Shown here piece after piece: positions 17,786-27,084 of a stretch of DNA of 46,508 nucleotides. Each line of letters starts with the position of its first letter. Position 1 is the stretch's first letter. Origin of the DNA: a bacterium (lineage in GTDB: Bacteria > Armatimonadota > JACIXR01); assembly GCA_014360465.1 (NCBI GenBank), contig JACIXQ010000008.1, forward strand, positions 1 through 46,508, in the 5' to 3' direction. A model generated the notes under the pieces. That model had not been told where the DNA came from. It saw only the letters and a program-made list of their open reading frames with translations, and ran no database searches. Both the position numbers and the translations under genes were made by a program.

Positions 17786-17814
17786 ATTTTACAGAGCTAT
17801 TTCGGCTGTGTCAA
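17786..17814 (-). promoter_or_regulatory. sigma70-type promoter for the BMC operon (minus strand: -35 TTGACA, 17-bp spacer, -10 TAAAAT)
   Basis: The reverse complement of 17786-17814 reads TTGACA-cagccgaaatagctctg-TAAAAT. The -10 element lies about 17 nt upstream of the aldolase ATG. Confidence 0.45.
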
Positions 17815-18080
17815 ATGTTATAATAACACATCTTTTTGTTTGGCGTAAAGAAATATTATCAGTGTTGCTATTTGGACAAGAACGCCTAAAATCTATACCC
17901 TTCCCCCGGTCGTTTTCTATTTGTTTCGTTGTTTTCTTTAACTGCTGGCATTCGCTTTTATTATTGCACGTTTGCTCTCAAGGGAGTATACTTCTTCCGG
18001 AATTGAGGCAAGCATCCTCATTATTTTAGAAATAGCGCAACATTGACTTACAAAATCTTTTTTACTAAACTTTTCATATA

Positions 18081-18109
18081 TTGACAAATGTATTTCCTTG
18101 TCTTATCCT
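18081..18109 (+). promoter_or_regulatory. putative sigma70 promoter for the M28/FtsX operon (-35 TTGACA, 17-bp spacer, -10 TATCCT)
   Basis: Hexamers read directly. Followed by RBS AAGGAAGGG and the ATG at 18154. Confidence 0.3.
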
Positions 18110-18153
18110 AATCTAATGAATAAAATTCTTGGGCAAAAGGAAGGGACCCCGAG

Positions 18154-21100
18154 ATGAAAAAATCGTTACTTATAGTAATGGTTGCTTTCCTGTCTATCTC
18201 TCTTTTGCGAGGACAGGAAAAGGTGAAATTGACCCCCGAATTGCGGAAGCTTTACGGGGAGCTGACCTCAGCTGTAAAGGAGGAAAACATCAGGGATGTA
18301 ATTACGAAGCTTTCCTCCTTCCCAAGCCGCGTCACAGGCTACCCCGGTTGCGATGAAGCAGCAAAATTCGTGAAACAGAGATTTGAAGAGCTGGGTCTCC
18401 AAGATGTCGTTATGGAGGAATTTACAATTCCCACCCCCTATGATAGGGGAGCTACCCTGGAGATTCCCTCCCGCAATATTAAGATGAGGATTTACCCCCT
18501 CTGGCCTAACGCTATAAGGACTCCTTCCCTTCCCCCTGAAGGTGTAAGAGGACCTCTGATCTATGCTGGTGACGGTCATCTCCAATTTTTTGATGGAAAG
18601 AAAGTAGAAGGTTCAATCGCCCTTTTGAAATTCAACTGTGGAGTCCGTTGGTTAAATGCCCCTCGTTTGGGTGTAAAAGTTGTTCTCTTTGAGGAACCCG
18701 ATATAACTATGAGAGGCGAAGCAGAGGCAAAATTCATTTCAATACCCATTGATATAGCTCGCTTCTGGGTTCGCAAGGAAGATGCCCAGGTCTTAAGGAA
18801 GATTATGTCCGAAGACCCATCGGTTGAAGCGATTGTGAAATGCTCCATGCCTTGGGAATTGAAAAAGGGTTACAATGTCATTGGTTTTTTGCCCGGTACG
18901 GATGAGAAATTGAAAAACCAACTGATAATCGTGGAATCATTCTTCGATTCCATCTCCATCGCTCCTTCTCTGGCTCCGGGAGCGGAAAGTGCTTCCGGCA
19001 TCGCCGCTCTCCTGGAAATAGCTCGCATTTTCAAAGAAAGACCACCAAAGAGGTCGGTTCTTTTCATCGCCACTTCCGGGCACTTTGAGGCGCTTAGCGG
19101 GATAAGGGCTTACTTTACAAAGCACTTCAAGGAATATGAAAAGCTCGGTCCTATGGAGAAGATAAAAGGATTCTTTGCACGTGTCTTCCATACCGGATAC
19201 AAGCCGCGAGAGATAAAGAAGGTTTACCTCTTCACGGGATTGGACCTCTCAAGCCAATCACAAGCTATCGGAATATTCTACAAATCTATGTTCTACGAGA
19301 TAAGGGAAGACCGCCAGAGGGATTTCTCCGATATTGCGAGGGTATGTAGAGAGAATGCAGAGAGGGTAGCGGAATTTATGAAGATTAAGCCCGAGCTTAT
19401 TTTCGCTGATGGTATTAATCCAATAGCGGGTAAGCCTTGGAGAACCTTCATTCCTGGAAAAGCCGCCCTTGATGCTGAGCTTTTTACTATGATGGGCGGC
19501 TATGGCGTTTCTTTCTTCACAATAAACGATTCCCGTTCCCTCGTTGATACTCCCTTTGATACAGTTGATAGGATGAACTTCCCCAATCTTATGAGACAGG
19601 TAAAGCTACTTGCTTGCCTATACCATCATATTTTCAATGACCCACCGCGTAAAGGGACGACCACCGCACTTCGCTTCCCGATAACTGAACCATCAAAGAT
19701 AGAACGCTTGGGCTTGATGAACGGGTTCGGCACATTAGCAGGTAGAGTTGTCTATTTCGACCCCAGGAAAAGCTTCATACCGGATGTCCCAATTCCCAAT
19801 TCAATAGTTATCCTCAAACATTGGAATAAGAGTATGATGGGTGTGAGGGGACATATGATAGAGATGACGGACAAAGATGGTAAATTTGAATTCAATGGAG
19901 TAGCTACCATAACGGCAATAGGATGGCGTAGACCGGCAACAGTAAATGCTTATAAATTAGATGATAAAACCGGAGAAATCATCTATGCACCCGACTTAGG
20001 TGCAATGGGTGCGGAGGCTTACCCAGTGGATGCGATGATGACTGTTGGGAAGAAGTATGTGACCGTCGTTGCTTTCCGCTGTGCTTCCCTTTCAATATTT
20101 GACCTCGTTGACCCTCAGGGATTGGCAATCCTTACAAATATTGCCATTCTTGATGGGATAACTGACGGTACACCCAGGATGTATGGACAGGCGATAAGCT
20201 TACCAGAAGCTTGGATGCCTCATGTGGATGACTGCGCCGTTATATTTGCTGAGCCAGGTAGCCGAATTAAGGTTATAATGGGCGCCGGTCCAGCGGCGAT
20301 AAGGTTCCTCCTTCTCCACGCAACTCCGAAAAACCCCAAGGGCGATGGCTATGAGGTTAAAGGTTCAGGGACTCTCTACTTTACCCCTTATAAAGTTGCT
20401 AAGGATATGTGGATCTGGGATGAATACCGTATGTCCAAGCTCCGCCGTTTCCGCATCATAAATGATGTGTTGGAAGACCTTCACAGAAGGGCAAAGGAAG
20501 AATTGGACAGAGCGGAAAAAGAATTAGCTCAACTTAATTATAGTCGGTTTTACGCTCACGCGAGAAGTGCTTGGGGCTATGAGACTAGGGCTTACCCCGT
20601 AGTAAGGAGCACGGGAGATGATGTAGTAAGGGGCGTAATCTTCTATATGGCGATAGTCATTCCATTCGCTTTCTTCCTTGAGAGATTGCTATTCGCCTTT
20701 CCGACTCTCATTCAGCAACTCGCTGGCTTGGGTGGGATATTCCTTGCAACCTTCGTCCTTTTCCGTTACCTCCATCCTGCCTTTGAAATCGCCCTCAACC
20801 CGCTCGTCATCCTCCTTTCCTTCGTGATGCTTGCTATGGCTGGGGCGGTCGCAGCTGTAGTCGTGGGTAAGTTCCAAGAGCAATTGAAACTCCTACATCG
20901 TTCCCTCACTGGTGTTCACAGAGTGGATATCGGTAGGTTCTCAATTGCTGCCTCGGCTCTATCACTTGGCATCTCCAATATGAGACGAAGAAAAGCGAGA
21001 ACAGCGTTGACCTGTATTACCTTGATAGTTCTGACATTTGCCGTGCTTGCTTTCACTTCCGTGAAGCCGGTGATGCGCTTCAATAAGGTACCAGGCAAGG

Positions 21101-22683
21101 GCGTGCCTGCATATCAAGGAGTTATGCTGAGAACTCCTATGTGGAGCGAATTACAGGAGGTTGCCTATAGGTTATTGCACGACGAGTTCACATCCAGGGG
21201 CTATAAAGTATCTCCTCGTATCTGGTTCTACACCTCCGCCTGGGATGAGCAATCCTTCGTTACGCTCGTTTCCGCAGCTAATCCGTCGGACACATATGAT
21301 GTCAAAGCTTTAATGGGGCTCGGACCCGAGGAATCAAGTATAACCAGACCACAAAAAGCGCTAAAAGCAGGGAGATGGATAGAGGCTAAAGATACGAATG
21401 TGTGTATTATTCCCGAAGGAGTGGCGAAGAAGCTGAAGATAAAGGTAACCGATGTTGGCAAAGCCCAAATACTCATCGGTGGAGTGAAATTCACGGTTAT
21501 AGGTATTTTAGATAATAATAAATTCAAGAAAATAAAAGACCTGGATAACGAACCTATCACTCCCGTTGACTTCGTAGCGATGCAGAAACAACAGCAGCAA
21601 GGGCAAACCAGCCAGCAAGCTGGTTTTAGAGAATACATCCATCTTGAACCCGATGCCGTTGCAATCATTCCCTACCAAACCCTACTTAATATGGGCGGGA
21701 CCCTTCGCTCCGTTGCTATTGACCTCGTTTCCGCTGAAGAAGTCAAGAGGGTTCTCGGCGACCTGATGCCTCGCTTAGCTTTAAATATGTACGCAGGTGA
21801 GGGCAACAAAATCTCCCGCTACTCCACCCTGGCAATTTCTGCACCCGTCGGTTGGACAGAGCTTGCTATTATAATCCTCATAGCTGTTCTCATCGTCTTG
21901 GATACGATGTTGGCAGCTGTATATGAAAGGGTCAGGGAGATAAGGATATTCGCTTCGCTGGGCTTAGCTCCTAACCACATTGCTATGCTTTTCTTCGCTG
22001 AAGCATTGGTATACGCCGTCATCGGTGCCATAGCCGGTTACATTGTGGGACAAACGGTCGTGAAAATCTTGATAGCAACCGGAAAGATTGGTCACCTCTA
22101 CCTCAACTTCTCCTCAATGTCCGCTGTTCTTGCCACCTTCGTCGTTGTTGCTGTGACACTTCTCTCTACAATCTACCCCGCAAGAAAAGCTTCCGAGGTT
22201 GCCACCCCGGCACTCGAGAGAACCTGGACATTACCCGAACCAGAAGGTGATGTCTGGAACATTACCCTGCCCTTCTCCGTTACTGGTGAGCAATCCCGCG
22301 GTTTAGCTGGTTTCTTGAAAGAATGGCTTGAAGCTTACGAGGAATATTCGGTAGGTGATTTCGTAACCGCGGATGTTAAAGCTCATACTTTTGTCAAATA
22401 CGATATGAAGGGCTACCAGATTGATTTTATGACCTGGCTCGCACCCTTCGACCTCGGTGTTAGCCAGAGGGTGAGTATGATCATTGACCCAACGACTATC
22501 AAAGATGTTTACGACATAAAGATGGTGATAAAGAGGGAAAGCGGCGATGTTGCCAACTGGAAGAGAGTCAACCGCCGGTTCCTCAATACAATTAGAAAAC
22601 AATTCCTTATCTGGCGCACGATAAGCGTCGCCGATAGGGAAAGGTATGTGAAGATGTCCGAAGAAATAGCCGAACTCGCTTAA
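18154..22683 (+). CDS. giant fusion protein: secreted M28-like peptidase/PA ectodomain + FtsX/MacB-type (ABC3) permease domain + C-terminal cytoplasmic domain of unknown function
   Basis: 1509 aa. Signal peptide, then M28-family signatures ('NVIGFLPG', 'GAESASGIAALLEIARIF', 'LFIATSGHFEALSG') in which canonical Zn/catalytic residues appear substituted. There are multiple TM helices and a typical FtsX motif, 'AAVYERVREIRIFASLGLAP'. The permease module begins at 'MRRRKARTALTCITLIVLTFAVLAFTSV'. Confidence 0.6.
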   Translation: MKKSLLIVMVAFLSISLLRGQEKVKLTPELRKLYGELTSAVKEENIRDVITKLSSFPSRVTGYPGCDEAAKFVKQRFEELGLQDVVMEEFTIPTPYDRGATLEIPSRNIKMRIYPLWPNAIRTPSLPPEGVRGPLIYAGDGHLQFFDGKKVEGSIALLKFNCGVRWLNAPRLGVKVVLFEEPDITMRGEAEAKFISIPIDIARFWVRKEDAQVLRKIMSEDPSVEAIVKCSMPWELKKGYNVIGFLPGTDEKLKNQLIIVESFFDSISIAPSLAPGAESASGIAALLEIARIFKERPPKRSVLFIATSGHFEALSGIRAYFTKHFKEYEKLGPMEKIKGFFARVFHTGYKPREIKKVYLFTGLDLSSQSQAIGIFYKSMFYEIREDRQRDFSDIARVCRENAERVAEFMKIKPELIFADGINPIAGKPWRTFIPGKAALDAELFTMMGGYGVSFFTINDSRSLVDTPFDTVDRMNFPNLMRQVKLLACLYHHIFNDPPRKGTTTALRFPITEPSKIERLGLMNGFGTLAGRVVYFDPRKSFIPDVPIPNSIVILKHWNKSMMGVRGHMIEMTDKDGKFEFNGVATITAIGWRRPATVNAYKLDDKTGEIIYAPDLGAMGAEAYPVDAMMTVGKKYVTVVAFRCASLSIFDLVDPQGLAILTNIAILDGITDGTPRMYGQAISLPEAWMPHVDDCAVIFAEPGSRIKVIMGAGPAAIRFLLLHATPKNPKGDGYEVKGSGTLYFTPYKVAKDMWIWDEYRMSKLRRFRIINDVLEDLHRRAKEELDRAEKELAQLNYSRFYAHARSAWGYETRAYPVVRSTGDDVVRGVIFYMAIVIPFAFFLERLLFAFPTLIQQLAGLGGIFLATFVLFRYLHPAFEIALNPLVILLSFVMLAMAGAVAAVVVGKFQEQLKLLHRSLTGVHRVDIGRFSIAASALSLGISNMRRRKARTALTCITLIVLTFAVLAFTSVKPVMRFNKVPGKGVPAYQGVMLRTPMWSELQEVAYRLLHDEFTSRGYKVSPRIWFYTSAWDEQSFVTLVSAANPSDTYDVKALMGLGPEESSITRPQKALKAGRWIEAKDTNVCIIPEGVAKKLKIKVTDVGKAQILIGGVKFTVIGILDNNKFKKIKDLDNEPITPVDFVAMQKQQQQGQTSQQAGFREYIHLEPDAVAIIPYQTLLNMGGTLRSVAIDLVSAEEVKRVLGDLMPRLALNMYAGEGNKISRYSTLAISAPVGWTELAIIILIAVLIVLDTMLAAVYERVREIRIFASLGLAPNHIAMLFFAEALVYAVIGAIAGYIVGQTVVKILIATGKIGHLYLNFSSMSAVLATFVVVAVTLLSTIYPARKASEVATPALERTWTLPEPEGDVWNITLPFSVTGEQSRGLAGFLKEWLEAYEEYSVGDFVTADVKAHTFVKYDMKGYQIDFMTWLAPFDLGVSQRVSMIIDPTTIKDVYDIKMVIKRESGDVANWKRVNRRFLNTIRKQFLIWRTISVADRERYVKMSEEIAELA

Positions 22684-22699
22684 AAGGAGGTGCAAAGGC

Positions 22700-24670
22700 T
22701 TGGAAGTAACGAGAGAAGAAATCCCTGAAGCGGTAGGAGAAGTTAGACAATTCGAAGAGGGTTTTACATGGAAAACGGTATTAGGGACTTTCTTCGTGGG
22801 TATAGTTATTATGCCCGCTGCCATATATGTGGGATTAGTAGCAGGAACAGCTGTCGGAGCTGCCGCTCAATGGATGACCATTATCGTTTTCAACGAGGTT
22901 GCAAGGCGCTCATTCATTCCACTTAAGAAGCAGGAGCTCTACCTGCTCTACTATGTCGCCGGTGGCTTGGCCGGAATGGTCGGAACAGCTCTCGCTGGTG
23001 GTCCATTCGCTTGGTGGATTTGGAACCAGTACTTCGCCAATTCTACCGCTGCTAAACAATTTGGTATCTACGGCAAGATTCCTACCTGGGTCGTCCCTCC
23101 ACCCGGAAGTCCAGCAATAATCAATCGCACCTTCCTGGATTCTGCCTGGCTTGTTCCCCTTTACCTTTTGCTTGCCTACCAGGTAATAGGACGTCTGACC
23201 TGGATTGGTATGGGCTACAGTCTATTCCGTCTTACCTCCGATATAGAACGGCTCCCCTTCCCACTCGCTCCCATAGCAGCTGCTGGTGCTACAGCCCTTG
23301 CAGAAGTTGGTAGGAAAGAGGAAACCTGGCGCTGGCAGGTCTTCTCCGTAGGAGCGGTTCTCGGCTTGATATGGGGGTTTTTCTATGTAGGTATACCGGC
23401 TATCTCAAGCGCCTTTATGGTCAAACCCCTTCAGCTTATCCCGATTCCCTATATTGACCTCACCCCCACAACCGAGTCCTTTCTCCCTTCAGCCCCAATT
23501 GGGCTGGTGGGCGACCTTGGGCTTTTGATAACGGGTTTCGTCCTTCCTTTCCCAATTGTCTTAGGTAACCTCATCGGCTCGGTTCTTTGCCAGGGCATCG
23601 CCAATCCAGTCCTTTATCATATGGGTTATATACCCACCTGGCGCCCAGGGATGACGATAATCTACACCCAATTCGCTACATCATTTGATGTCTGGATAAG
23701 CGTTGGCGCTGGCTTCGCAGGTGCCGTAGCTATAATCGGATTCTATAGTATGGGCAAACTACTCGCCACGGCAAGAAAACAATACGGGGGAAGAGGCAGA
23801 GGAAGCCTTGCGCCACCACCAGGACGAGGTGACTTTCCTATAAGCCTTGCATTGGGAATGTGGTTCTTTGCCACACTCGCCTCAGTAATCATCTGCCATA
23901 AACTCGTTCCCAAGTTTCCCTTATGGATACTCGTCTTCTTCGCCTTCATCTGGACACCTTTGAACTCATACATTTCGGCAAGAATGATTGGTTTCGGTGG
24001 CTTCTTTCCCGGCATACCTTACCTTAAAGAAGCCACAATTATACTGAGCGGATATAAGAATGTGGATATCTGGTTCGCTCCAATTCCACTTGCCGATTAC
24101 GGTGGCACCGCCCAGTTCTTCCGGGAAGTGGAGTTAACCGGAACCAAATTCACAAGTATACTTAAAGCCGAAGCCCTTATGTTCTTTGTAATTCTCGGCT
24201 TCTCCTTCCTTTACTGGCAATACATTTGGAAACTACGCCCTATCCCTGACCCAGCCTATCCTTATGCCCAGAAAATGTGGCCTCTCAACGCTATGAACAG
24301 CGCTTTAATTATGACCGCCAACCTTTCCCCTGAGCAAGCCTGGCTCTTGAAAGCACTTAAGTTCAAAGTAATTGGGGCAAGCTTTGGAATAGGGTTACTT
24401 ATTTATATTCTTATGAACTATTTCGGTCTCCCTCCAATGCTATTCTATGGCTTTGTTGGCGGCGTAACCGGTCTCCCTGCAAACACCCTTGTTATCTTTA
24501 TCGGCGCGTTGCTTGGCAGATATTACTTCTCAAAAAGATTTGGAGAACATAGATGGCGCGCTTATACCCCGGTTTTAGCTGCAGGTTATGGGTGTGGGTT
24601 TGGCTTGGTCAGTATGATTTGCATCGCTTTGACTCTCATTGCTAAATCGGTAAGCTATATGCCCTATTAG
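22700..24670 (+). CDS. polytopic membrane protein, probable OPT-family oligopeptide transporter
   Basis: 656 aa with at least 14 hydrophobic segments. The N-terminal region 'FTWKTVLGTFFVGIVIMPAAIYVGLVAGTAVGAAAQWMTIIVFNEVAR' resembles the conserved OPT N-terminal block. RBS AAGGAGG lies 17 nt after the previous stop. Confidence 0.45.
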   Translation: MEVTREEIPEAVGEVRQFEEGFTWKTVLGTFFVGIVIMPAAIYVGLVAGTAVGAAAQWMTIIVFNEVARRSFIPLKKQELYLLYYVAGGLAGMVGTALAGGPFAWWIWNQYFANSTAAKQFGIYGKIPTWVVPPPGSPAIINRTFLDSAWLVPLYLLLAYQVIGRLTWIGMGYSLFRLTSDIERLPFPLAPIAAAGATALAEVGRKEETWRWQVFSVGAVLGLIWGFFYVGIPAISSAFMVKPLQLIPIPYIDLTPTTESFLPSAPIGLVGDLGLLITGFVLPFPIVLGNLIGSVLCQGIANPVLYHMGYIPTWRPGMTIIYTQFATSFDVWISVGAGFAGAVAIIGFYSMGKLLATARKQYGGRGRGSLAPPPGRGDFPISLALGMWFFATLASVIICHKLVPKFPLWILVFFAFIWTPLNSYISARMIGFGGFFPGIPYLKEATIILSGYKNVDIWFAPIPLADYGGTAQFFREVELTGTKFTSILKAEALMFFVILGFSFLYWQYIWKLRPIPDPAYPYAQKMWPLNAMNSALIMTANLSPEQAWLLKALKFKVIGASFGIGLLIYILMNYFGLPPMLFYGFVGGVTGLPANTLVIFIGALLGRYYFSKRFGEHRWRAYTPVLAAGYGCGFGLVSMICIALTLIAKSVSYMPY

Positions 24671-24694
24671 TTCTTTAGAAAGGAGGAGAGAAGT

Positions 24695-25864
24695 ATGCGG
24701 ACGATAAAAGCTGGAATTATTGGAACAGGCTTCATCGGACCAGCCCATATTGAGGCAGCCAGGCGTCTCGGATTCGTTGATATCGTTGCCCTTGCCGAGG
24801 TGGACCTGGAGACGGCGGAAAGAAAGGCTAAGGCATTGAATATTCCACGATATTATGGAAGTTACGAGGAGATGTTGGAAAAGGAGAAGGAAATAGAGGT
24901 AATTCATAACTGCACCCCTAACTCCCTGCATTACGAGATAAGCAAGGTTTGCCTTTCTATGGGAAAGCATGTTATTTCCGAGAAACCGCTTGCGATGAAC
25001 TCCAAGGAATCAAGGGAGCTTGTCCTGCTGGCAAGGGAAAAAGGATTGGTAAACGCGGTTGACTTCAATTACCGCCATTATCCCCTCGTCCAACAAGCGA
25101 AAGCAATGGTCGAGAAGGGCGAAGTGGGTAAGATATATGGCATATTCGGCACTTATGAACAGGATTGGCTTTATCTTGATACGGATTATAACTGGAGGAT
25201 TGAGCCCGAGCTTGGGGGTGAGTCCCGAGCAGTAGCTGACATAGGCACACACTGGTGCGATACCGCACAGTTTATAAGCGGCTTGCGTATCAAAGAAGTA
25301 TTTGCCGATATGGCTATAATCCATAAGACGAGAAAGAAACCCAAGAAGCCGATAGAAACCTACGCGGGCAAAGAGCTTACTCCAGAGGATTACGAAGAAG
25401 TTCCTGTGAAGACGGAGGACTATGCGACGGTTCTCATCCATTTCGAGGGAGGAGCTGTAGGAGTCTTCACCGTCTGCCAGGTATTCGCGGGAAGGAAAAA
25501 CAGATTGTATATAGAGATAACGGGTTCAAAGTGCGCCCTCGTCTGGGACCAGGAAGACCCGGAAAGGCTGTGGATTGGCAGGAGGGAAGCCCCCAATCAG
25601 ATCTTGATGCGCGACCCATCTTTGCTTCATAAAGAAGCAAAAGACTATTGCCACTATCCAGGCGGACATCCTGAGGGCTATCCTGACGGGTTGAAGAACT
25701 TCCTGCGTAATGTCTACAGATTCATCGCCGAAGGGAAGAACCCAAACCAGGACCCTTGCGACTTCCCAACTTTCTTGGATGGACACTACGAGATACTTAT
25801 GGTTGAAGCTGTTCTCAAGAGTGCCAGAGAAGGAAGATGGGTTGAGATAAATTACGACCTATAA
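24695..25864 (+). CDS. Gfo/Idh/MocA-family NAD(P)-dependent oxidoreductase
   Basis: 389 aa. 'IKAGIIGTGFIGPAHIEAARRL' Rossmann motif and 'EKPLAMN' motif. Confidence 0.75.
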   Translation: MRTIKAGIIGTGFIGPAHIEAARRLGFVDIVALAEVDLETAERKAKALNIPRYYGSYEEMLEKEKEIEVIHNCTPNSLHYEISKVCLSMGKHVISEKPLAMNSKESRELVLLAREKGLVNAVDFNYRHYPLVQQAKAMVEKGEVGKIYGIFGTYEQDWLYLDTDYNWRIEPELGGESRAVADIGTHWCDTAQFISGLRIKEVFADMAIIHKTRKKPKKPIETYAGKELTPEDYEEVPVKTEDYATVLIHFEGGAVGVFTVCQVFAGRKNRLYIEITGSKCALVWDQEDPERLWIGRREAPNQILMRDPSLLHKEAKDYCHYPGGHPEGYPDGLKNFLRNVYRFIAEGKNPNQDPCDFPTFLDGHYEILMVEAVLKSAREGRWVEINYDL

Positions 25865-25931
25865 GAAACAAAACCTGCAGTTTTTCGTCTAAAAATAGTA
25901 GAAGCAAATAGATAATGGACAGTGATGCGAT

Positions 25932-27029
25932 GTGAGGAAGTTATGTTGGTTGCTATTATTTGCCCTTCTGCTGGTTCCCTTCCTTGCTTATCCTCTAACG
26001 AGAGAGGAAGAGATACAAATTGGTAGAGAAGCGGCAGCTGAGGTAGAGAAAGAATACAAGTTAAGCGACGATAAAGACCTTTTGGATAAGGTAGACAAAA
26101 TAGGCAAAACGATAGCCGCTGTCTCGGAAGACCCATCGCTACCTTGGACGTTCAAGGTGGTCGTCTCCGATGAAGTGAACGCTTTTACTCTGCCCGGTGG
26201 TTTTATTTACATAACCACCGGGCTACTAAATTTTGTAAGAACCGACGACGAATTGGCGGGAGTAATAGCACACGAGATTGCCCACGCCGCAAGGCATCAT
26301 TTCATCAAGCTTGCCGAGCAACAAGCTAAAACGGAAAGACAATTGGCACCATTTCTTTTAGCGGCTCTCCTTGGCACACAAGGAAGCGATTTGGAAAACA
26401 TCTATTTGGGTCTTCAGCTCGTGGAGATAGCCAAAATGCATAGCTACGGGCAAGCTCTTGAAGAAGATGCGGATTTAGCTGGCGCAAGATACCTGATTTT
26501 ATCGAAAAAATATAATCCCGCAGGCATATTAACTTTCCTCCAAAGATTAGCGAGAATGGAGGAAAGAGGAGTTAAACAAGAACTTGGCATTTTACAAACT
26601 CACCCATATGCCAAAGAAAGAACCGCTAACTTGCTTACCTTCCTCCGCAGCACGGGAAGCGAATTCAATGAACGGAAGGCAGCTGGTTTGTACAAGCTAT
26701 CTGTTCGCCCCCAAGGGGTGGATGTCACTGCTGTATATATTGACGACCAACTAATTGCCCAGTTCACAGGAGAAAACGGCAAACGAGCAGGCGAAATATT
26801 AGCTGAGAATTTGGACCAATTGTTGGACCAGAACCTTCGCGTTTGGGAAGTAAGTGCCAAATTATTGCCAAATGGGAATCCAGCAGTAGTAGCAAGGAAT
26901 AAAGTCCTGATAGAAATTACCACCGATATACTTCCCGATAAAGGCAAGGACCCCTTAACCTACGCTCAGACAATTGCTGGGAATATAAGACAACGGCTTC
27001 TGAAAGAATTTATAAACCAAATATATTAA
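25932..27029 (+). CDS. secreted M48-family (Ste24/BepA-like) zinc metallopeptidase
   Basis: 365 aa. Signal peptide, 'HEIAHAARHH' HExxH motif and downstream 'EEDADLAG' glutamate. Confidence 0.7.
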   Translation: MRKLCWLLLFALLLVPFLAYPLTREEEIQIGREAAAEVEKEYKLSDDKDLLDKVDKIGKTIAAVSEDPSLPWTFKVVVSDEVNAFTLPGGFIYITTGLLNFVRTDDELAGVIAHEIAHAARHHFIKLAEQQAKTERQLAPFLLAALLGTQGSDLENIYLGLQLVEIAKMHSYGQALEEDADLAGARYLILSKKYNPAGILTFLQRLARMEERGVKQELGILQTHPYAKERTANLLTFLRSTGSEFNERKAAGLYKLSVRPQGVDVTAVYIDDQLIAQFTGENGKRAGEILAENLDQLLDQNLRVWEVSAKLLPNGNPAVVARNKVLIEITTDILPDKGKDPLTYAQTIAGNIRQRLLKEFINQIY

Positions 27030-27084
27030 AATGCTTTGAATACTCACTTCCTTTAGGAATCCGCAACAGGTGAGAGCTCTTCTT

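Noticed and set aside
18129-18356. 75-aa ORF overlapping the start of the M28-FtsX gene in another frame.
   Set aside because: It is overprinted by the signal-peptide-encoding start of the 1509-aa gene, which has a proper RBS. It has no independent support.
27030-27084. Possible terminator hairpin between the convergent M48 peptidase and 707-aa membrane protein genes (CTCAC...GTGAG).
   Set aside because: The stem is only 5 bp with a large loop and no T-run. Too weak to call.
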